In this document: positions 59,469-64,000 of the stretch, piece after piece
How the letters are laid out: each line of letters opens with the position of its first letter
Position numbering within the stretch: position 1 is the first letter of the stretch
Origin: an uncultured Thermoprotei archaeon
GTDB lineage: Archaea; Thermoproteota; Thermoprotei; Thermofilales; B15-G2
Direction of reading: 5' to 3'
Length of the DNA: 64,000 nucleotides
NCBI GenBank assembly: GCA_965367815.1
Contig: CBDUKN010000012.1
Location: 1-64,000 of the forward strand
Notes under the pieces: generated by a model
What the model was told of the DNA's origin: nothing
The model's input: the letters and a program-made list of their open reading frames with translations, nothing else
Database searches by the model: none
Program-made: the position numbers and the translations under genes

Positions 59469-60518
59469 ATGAAAATTAGGCTCGCTTTTATTGGAGCAGG
59501 TATAATGAACCAGCTGGTCCACATACCTAATTTCATGAGTATTAGTGATTGTGAAATAGTAGCATTGTGTGAGCTCAGAGAGAAGCTAGGTAAAGCTGTT
59601 GCCGCAAAATACCATATTCCACGCTACTATAGATCTCACTTAGACATAATTGATGTAAAGGATATAGATGCATGTGTTGTAGCTGTAGCAGACGAGCTTC
59701 ACGCGCCTATAGTCATAGACTTACTCAAGTCAGGTAAACATGTTTTTGTAGAAAAACCTATAGCTACTAATTCCCGCGACGCCAAAGAAATGGTAAAGTG
59801 TGCTGAAAAAAGAGGAAGAATATTAATGGTAGGCTACATGAAACGCTATGACCCGGGCTGTAGGTACGCTAAAAGTCTCGTATCAAAGCTTATGGTCAGT
59901 AAAGAACTAGGAGAAATAACATACGCTAGAGTACATTGCTACGGCGGAGACTGGCTTGGAGGCATAATAGGTACAAGTCCTCTTGTTACTTCAGATGAAC
60001 CTAGACCTGAAGTTAAGCCTCGGCCTCCTGAGTGGATGAATCTAAGTGAATATTCTAGATACAGAGCTTTTCTCGATGTTTTCTGCCACGACATAAACTT
60101 AATGAGATGGTTTTTCGGCGAGCCAGTGAAAATAGTTTACTCAACTTTTCACGATAATACGCATAATTCAGTGATATCTTACGAAAACTTCAACGTGGGA
60201 TTTGAAACAGGCTTTATTAAAGCTCATTTCTGGGACGAAGAGCTGAAAATATACTTTGAGAAAGGATGGATTAAAGTGAAACCTCCAATACCTTTGCTCA
60301 GAAATATTCCAGCATTAGTAGAAGTATACAGTAGCCAAAATAGAACGTTTAAGCACTGTTGGGGAAAATGGGAATGGGCATTTAAGAAAGAAGCAGAACA
60401 TTTTATTGAATGCATTAAACATGATAAAGAACCCTTAACTAACGGTAGAGACGCTTTAAAAGACGTAAAGTTAATGGAGAAAATCTATAAACGTTTCCTC
60501 GAAATGAAACAGGTATAA
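59469..60518 (+). CDS. Gfo/Idh/MocA oxidoreductase
   Basis: IGAG, EKPIA, VGYMKRYDP, CHDIN. Confidence 0.92.
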   Translation: MKIRLAFIGAGIMNQLVHIPNFMSISDCEIVALCELREKLGKAVAAKYHIPRYYRSHLDIIDVKDIDACVVAVADELHAPIVIDLLKSGKHVFVEKPIATNSRDAKEMVKCAEKRGRILMVGYMKRYDPGCRYAKSLVSKLMVSKELGEITYARVHCYGGDWLGGIIGTSPLVTSDEPRPEVKPRPPEWMNLSEYSRYRAFLDVFCHDINLMRWFFGEPVKIVYSTFHDNTHNSVISYENFNVGFETGFIKAHFWDEELKIYFEKGWIKVKPPIPLLRNIPALVEVYSSQNRTFKHCWGKWEWAFKKEAEHFIECIKHDKEPLTNGRDALKDVKLMEKIYKRFLEMKQV

Positions 60519-60582
60519 ATATGCTTTTATATAAAAGTCCTTCGGCGTAAATTTTTATTAACATTATGCTCTACAAAAACAT

Positions 60583-61569
60583 ATGTCCGAGAAACTTAAG
60601 ATAGGTATCTTTGTGCCTCAAGGATGGAGACTTGACTTACCTCCTGATTTACCTGCTACTGAGCAGTGGAATCTCATAGTTAAGGTAGCTAAAAGAGCCG
60701 AGGAACTAGGCTTCGACTCATTATGGGTCTTCGACCACTTCCATACAGTACCGCAGCCGATTAAAGGTAGGTCTGTTTTCGAAGCATGGACTACGCTAAC
60801 AGCATTAGCGGCAGTAACTGAGAAAATTAGGCTAGGAACATTAGTTACTTGTGTTCTCTATAGGTATCCAACTGTCTTAGCTAAAATAGTAGCCAATGTA
60901 GATGTAATATCAAACGGCAGAGTAGAATTCGGTATAGGAGCATGCTGGTACGAAAACGAGTTCAGGGGCTACGGAATACCTTTCCCTAAGCCAGCTGACA
61001 GAATAAAGGCGCTAGACGAAGCACTACAAATTATTAAAATGATGTGGACTCAAGACGAAGTAACATTCGAAGGAAAGTACTACAAAGTAGAGAAAGGACT
61101 AAATGATCCTAAGCCTGTACAGAAGCCCCATCCGCCAATTTTAGTAGCAGGAGCAGGAGAGCAATTAACTCTAAGAGTAGTAGCCAAACACGCTAACAAA
61201 TACCATGTCTGGGGAGACCCAGAGTTCTACAAAAGAAAACTAGAAGTACTTAAAAAGCACTGTAAGAAAATAGGCAGAGACTTCAATGAAATAATAAAGG
61301 TTCACGACGGCTTCTTAATAATGGGTGAAAGTGAAGAAGAAATCAAAAAGAAGATAAAAGAATGCGAATTTCTCGTACTGAGTAAGTCGAGCTACGAAGG
61401 ATTAAAGAAAACACAGTATATAGGAACACCCGAAGAAATAGTAGAAAGAGTTAAGAAATACGTCGAAGTAGGCGTCAGAGAATTCATTTTCTACTTCCCC
61501 GATGCGTATAAGATAAAGCCGATAGAAGAATTTGCAGAAAAAGTACTTCCAGAGCTAAAAAGACTATAG
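60583..61569 (+). CDS. LLM-class, probably F420-dependent oxidoreductase
   Basis: FVPQGWR, WVFDHFH, EAWTTL, PKPVQKPHPPI. Confidence 0.88.
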   Translation: MSEKLKIGIFVPQGWRLDLPPDLPATEQWNLIVKVAKRAEELGFDSLWVFDHFHTVPQPIKGRSVFEAWTTLTALAAVTEKIRLGTLVTCVLYRYPTVLAKIVANVDVISNGRVEFGIGACWYENEFRGYGIPFPKPADRIKALDEALQIIKMMWTQDEVTFEGKYYKVEKGLNDPKPVQKPHPPILVAGAGEQLTLRVVAKHANKYHVWGDPEFYKRKLEVLKKHCKKIGRDFNEIIKVHDGFLIMGESEEEIKKKIKECEFLVLSKSSYEGLKKTQYIGTPEEIVERVKKYVEVGVREFIFYFPDAYKIKPIEEFAEKVLPELKRL

Positions 61570-61612
61570 CTTTAAGTCTCTTCACCTTTTTAAAAGTTTT
61601 AGTAATGAGACT

Positions 61613-62863
61613 TTAACTAAAGTCTTTAACTATTTCAGCAATTTTTTCGGGAGTATATATTTCGACTCCAGTCTTAGAGATATTTTCTGGAACACTTTTA
61701 GCAACTACTATCAGTCTTCTTACTAAGTTTGAAACCTTAGACTTAAAGTCATATACTTCGCTGAGACTCACCTTACCCATTTTCACCTCTATGGCTGCAA
61801 TAGGCTTTCTTCCTCTCACTAAAACGCCGTCTATTTCGGGCTGAAAACGCTTCTGAACTTCAGCATCCAGTATTTGTGCAAACAAATCGACTACGAAGCG
61901 CTCGTAGTAAAATGGAATTTTCTCCACGGCTTTCTTCCTAGTGAGGCTTAATGGAGAACGAAGCTCATAAAACCCTAGCTTAGCGTCGAGATAGAAAAAG
62001 AGGTCTAGAAGAGGAGAATCTATTGTATACAGATATCTTTTCTTATTGAATACCTTTATTTTCCTGACAAGTCCCATTTCAACAAGATTACTTATGTACT
62101 TTTTCACATCCTGCGACTTCAGATGTTCGCTCAATATTCCTGAAAGATATGAAGCAACTTCTCCGGGAGTCTTACAGCCACAAGCAATAGCTCTTAGAAC
62201 AGCCTCGTATCTTTCAGTAAGCTCTCTTTCTTCTTCTAAAAAAACTTCCCCTACAAGACCTCGAGCACTTAGCCTCAAAGCCTCTACAATTTGATCTATT
62301 ATTTCTCCATACGGTTTATCTAGATCTATGAACTCTAGTATCCAAGGATCACTAACTAAAGGAGCAAGCATTAAAGCTTCTTCTGGTCTCTTTAGTTTAA
62401 GTAAAGCGCGTAGTACGTCTAGCGGTTTAGCTAAGCCTAGCTTAACTGGCTTAACTATCCCAAGAAGAGGGCTGCGTGAATGCATAATTTTTCTTGAAAC
62501 TAGCATGCTAGAACCCACTAAAATAACCTTAGCTTTGCTCCAGCTCTTCGCGTAATGAAGAAAATCTAAGAAATTTTCGGGAAGTCTCTGAAACTCATCT
62601 ATAACTAAAACAATATTATCTCTAAGAAGATTCTTAAGTCTCTCTAAGAAAACAGAGTAAGTAAGTATCTCTATGTTTCCTGCACTCTCACAAAATATTT
62701 CCCTCCCTCTAGTTACAAAAAAGTAGTAGTCATAGTGAATCATACTTCTAACAAGAAAAGTCTTCCCTGTTTTCCTTCTACCATAGAGAAGAACCCATCC
62801 TCTTCCCTCAAGCTTTTTAGCTTCCGAGCGGGGAATTATAAGACCCATACCCATAAAACCCAT
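61613..62863 (-). CDS. Archaeal ATPase (AAA + wHTH + PD-(D/E)XK-like tail)
   Basis: GRRKTGKT, IDEFQRL, SPLLG, EIDG...IEVK. Confidence 0.9.
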   Translation of the reverse strand: MGFMGMGLIIPRSEAKKLEGRGWVLLYGRRKTGKTFLVRSMIHYDYYFFVTRGREIFCESAGNIEILTYSVFLERLKNLLRDNIVLVIDEFQRLPENFLDFLHYAKSWSKAKVILVGSSMLVSRKIMHSRSPLLGIVKPVKLGLAKPLDVLRALLKLKRPEEALMLAPLVSDPWILEFIDLDKPYGEIIDQIVEALRLSARGLVGEVFLEEERELTERYEAVLRAIACGCKTPGEVASYLSGILSEHLKSQDVKKYISNLVEMGLVRKIKVFNKKRYLYTIDSPLLDLFFYLDAKLGFYELRSPLSLTRKKAVEKIPFYYERFVVDLFAQILDAEVQKRFQPEIDGVLVRGRKPIAAIEVKMGKVSLSEVYDFKSKVSNLVRRLIVVAKSVPENISKTGVEIYTPEKIAEIVKDFS

Positions 62864-62880
62864 ACTCTAAAGTCCCTTTA
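62836..62880. repeat. Three degenerate 15-bp tandem units over the second ATPase start
   Basis: TTATAAGACCCATAC / CCATAAAACCCATAC / TCTAAAGTCCCTTTA. Confidence 0.7.
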
Positions 62881-63048
62881 ATTTCTTCCGAATCATAGAG
62901 TCCGAAATCATTAAACAAATTCTAGTGAAAACTTTATAAATAATATTATTCTTGATATTTTATAATTTAGTGCTTTATATTACATTATTTTTCATTTAAA
63001 AAACTGAATCATAAGGACTATATAAGCTTTAGTAAAAGCGCTATCGAT

Positions 63049-63363
63049 ATGAGCTCTACAACTACAAAAGTATTAGTAGATTTAGTTAAGAAACTAGAAG
63101 AAAAGAATGTTAAAGTATTGGTTAACAGTAAAATAAAAGGTGAAAGTGGAATTTATCATAACTTCGATTTAATAATAATGGGTAATAAAACATTATGTAT
63201 AGATATACTAGAAAACCTTACACTTAAAAAACTCATCGAAATTTTAGCAAAAGCACTAGACTTAGGTCCATTTGCAGAAATATATGCATTAATTAATAGG
63301 AAACATTGTGAAAAAATTCAGTTTAATACAACTAAGTTTAAAAAATATACTATGACGATATAA
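63049..63363 (+). CDS. Small restriction-endonuclease-like (PD-(D/E)XK fold) domain protein, possibly truncated
   Basis: IKGESGIYHNFDLII...CIDI...KALDL pattern. Confidence 0.5.
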   Translation: MSSTTTKVLVDLVKKLEEKNVKVLVNSKIKGESGIYHNFDLIIMGNKTLCIDILENLTLKKLIEILAKALDLGPFAEIYALINRKHCEKIQFNTTKFKKYTMTI

Positions 63364-63780
63364 GTGATTTACCTAAGTTACTTACATCTATTGTCAACAA
63401 TTAATATTGAAGACACTTTTCTCGAACATTAACATTATTTTTTCAATAGTCTTTACAAATGTTTTTAATGTTAACAAATGCTGTTAATTAACCTATAATA
63501 TATTTATTTTAATTACTTTCTAGTATTATATAGAGATAATTTTTAGTGAAAGATGAGTTCCTTATATTCTTTTTTGAACAAAGCATTTTACTTTGGGGTG
63601 AAAATTGTTTTTAGAAAGACTTAAATATCTTAATTACCTAAGAGTACAGGGCATTTATGTGCTTTAGTGAGCAAATAGCTGTGACATTGTACTTATTAAT
63701 TCTATTTATGCCTAGAATAAATGTTTCTGCTATTGTATGTCCTCTCTTAAGTTACTTAGCTGGAGCTCGAGGGGACGATC

Positions 63781-64000
63781 ATGGAGCGTTTGAGTAGTCT
63801 TTTACGCGAAAAACTTAGATGGAAAATTGGTCCAGAAAGTATTCAAGATCCCTATAAACTGTTTGATAGAATAGTATCAACATATGGGTATAGCGTAGCG
63901 TCTGAAATATTTAGAGAAGCAGGACTTCCTGTTCCGAGTAGACTTGTTACTATGAAGATTATTTTGATTGGGGATTCTGGTGTAGGCAAAACTAGTTTAT
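63781..64000 (+). CDS. Ras-superfamily (Rab-like) small GTPase, 5' part only
   Basis: Not in the ORF track. After SD GAGGGG: MERLSSLLREKLRWKIGPESIQDPYKLFDRIVSTYGYSVASEIFREAGLPVPSRLVTMKIILIGDSGVGKTSL>. Confidence 0.8.
   Translation, partial: MERLSSLLREKLRWKIGPESIQDPYKLFDRIVSTYGYSVASEIFREAGLPVPSRLVTMKIILIGDSGVGKTSL

Noticed and set aside
5910-62555. Dozens of 60-150-aa ORFs antisense to or nested in longer genes (e.g. 8784, 37280, 46267, 55980, 62046)
   Set aside because: No motifs, Ser/Leu-rich shadow composition, and fully overlapping well-supported genes.
1-64000. tRNA, rRNA, IS/transposase, integrase or provirus
   Set aside because: No GC-rich structured RNA-like segment, terminal inverted repeats or recombinase motifs were seen by eye; small RNAs such as C/D box guides cannot be excluded without a covariance search.

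Overview
AT-rich, gene-dense archaeal window. TATA-box and leaderless gene starts, archaeal ATPase/DUF234 genes, MNT-HEPN and VapBC modules, BioY/BirA and a crenarchaeal-type coiled-coil protein point to a thermophilic Thermoproteota (Thermofilales-like; inference). I saw no rRNA, tRNA, CRISPR array or transposase. The main candidate for an undescribed system is a three-paralog family of very large membrane proteins with a MacB/FtsX-type permease. Two of them start with a PA-domain-containing M28-like domain that has lost its metal/catalytic residues; the third is broken and shows no such domain. One lies directly downstream of a DUF6785/DUF6784 (OPT-like) polytopic membrane protein. The surrounding region is a long accessory stretch rich in orphan carbohydrate enzymes. 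Two real genes are missing from the ORF track because they run off the edges: the first pseudo-M28/FtsX paralog (<1..4087, minus) and a Rab-like small GTPase (63781..>64000). Other oddities are a stand-alone CDC48 N-domain protein, an AN1-zinc-finger/M50 protease with no canonical start codon, 15-bp-period repeat arrays over the starts of both archaeal ATPase genes, several pseudogene relics and sharp G+T/A+C strand-skew patches. All family calls are motif recognition by eye, not database searches.
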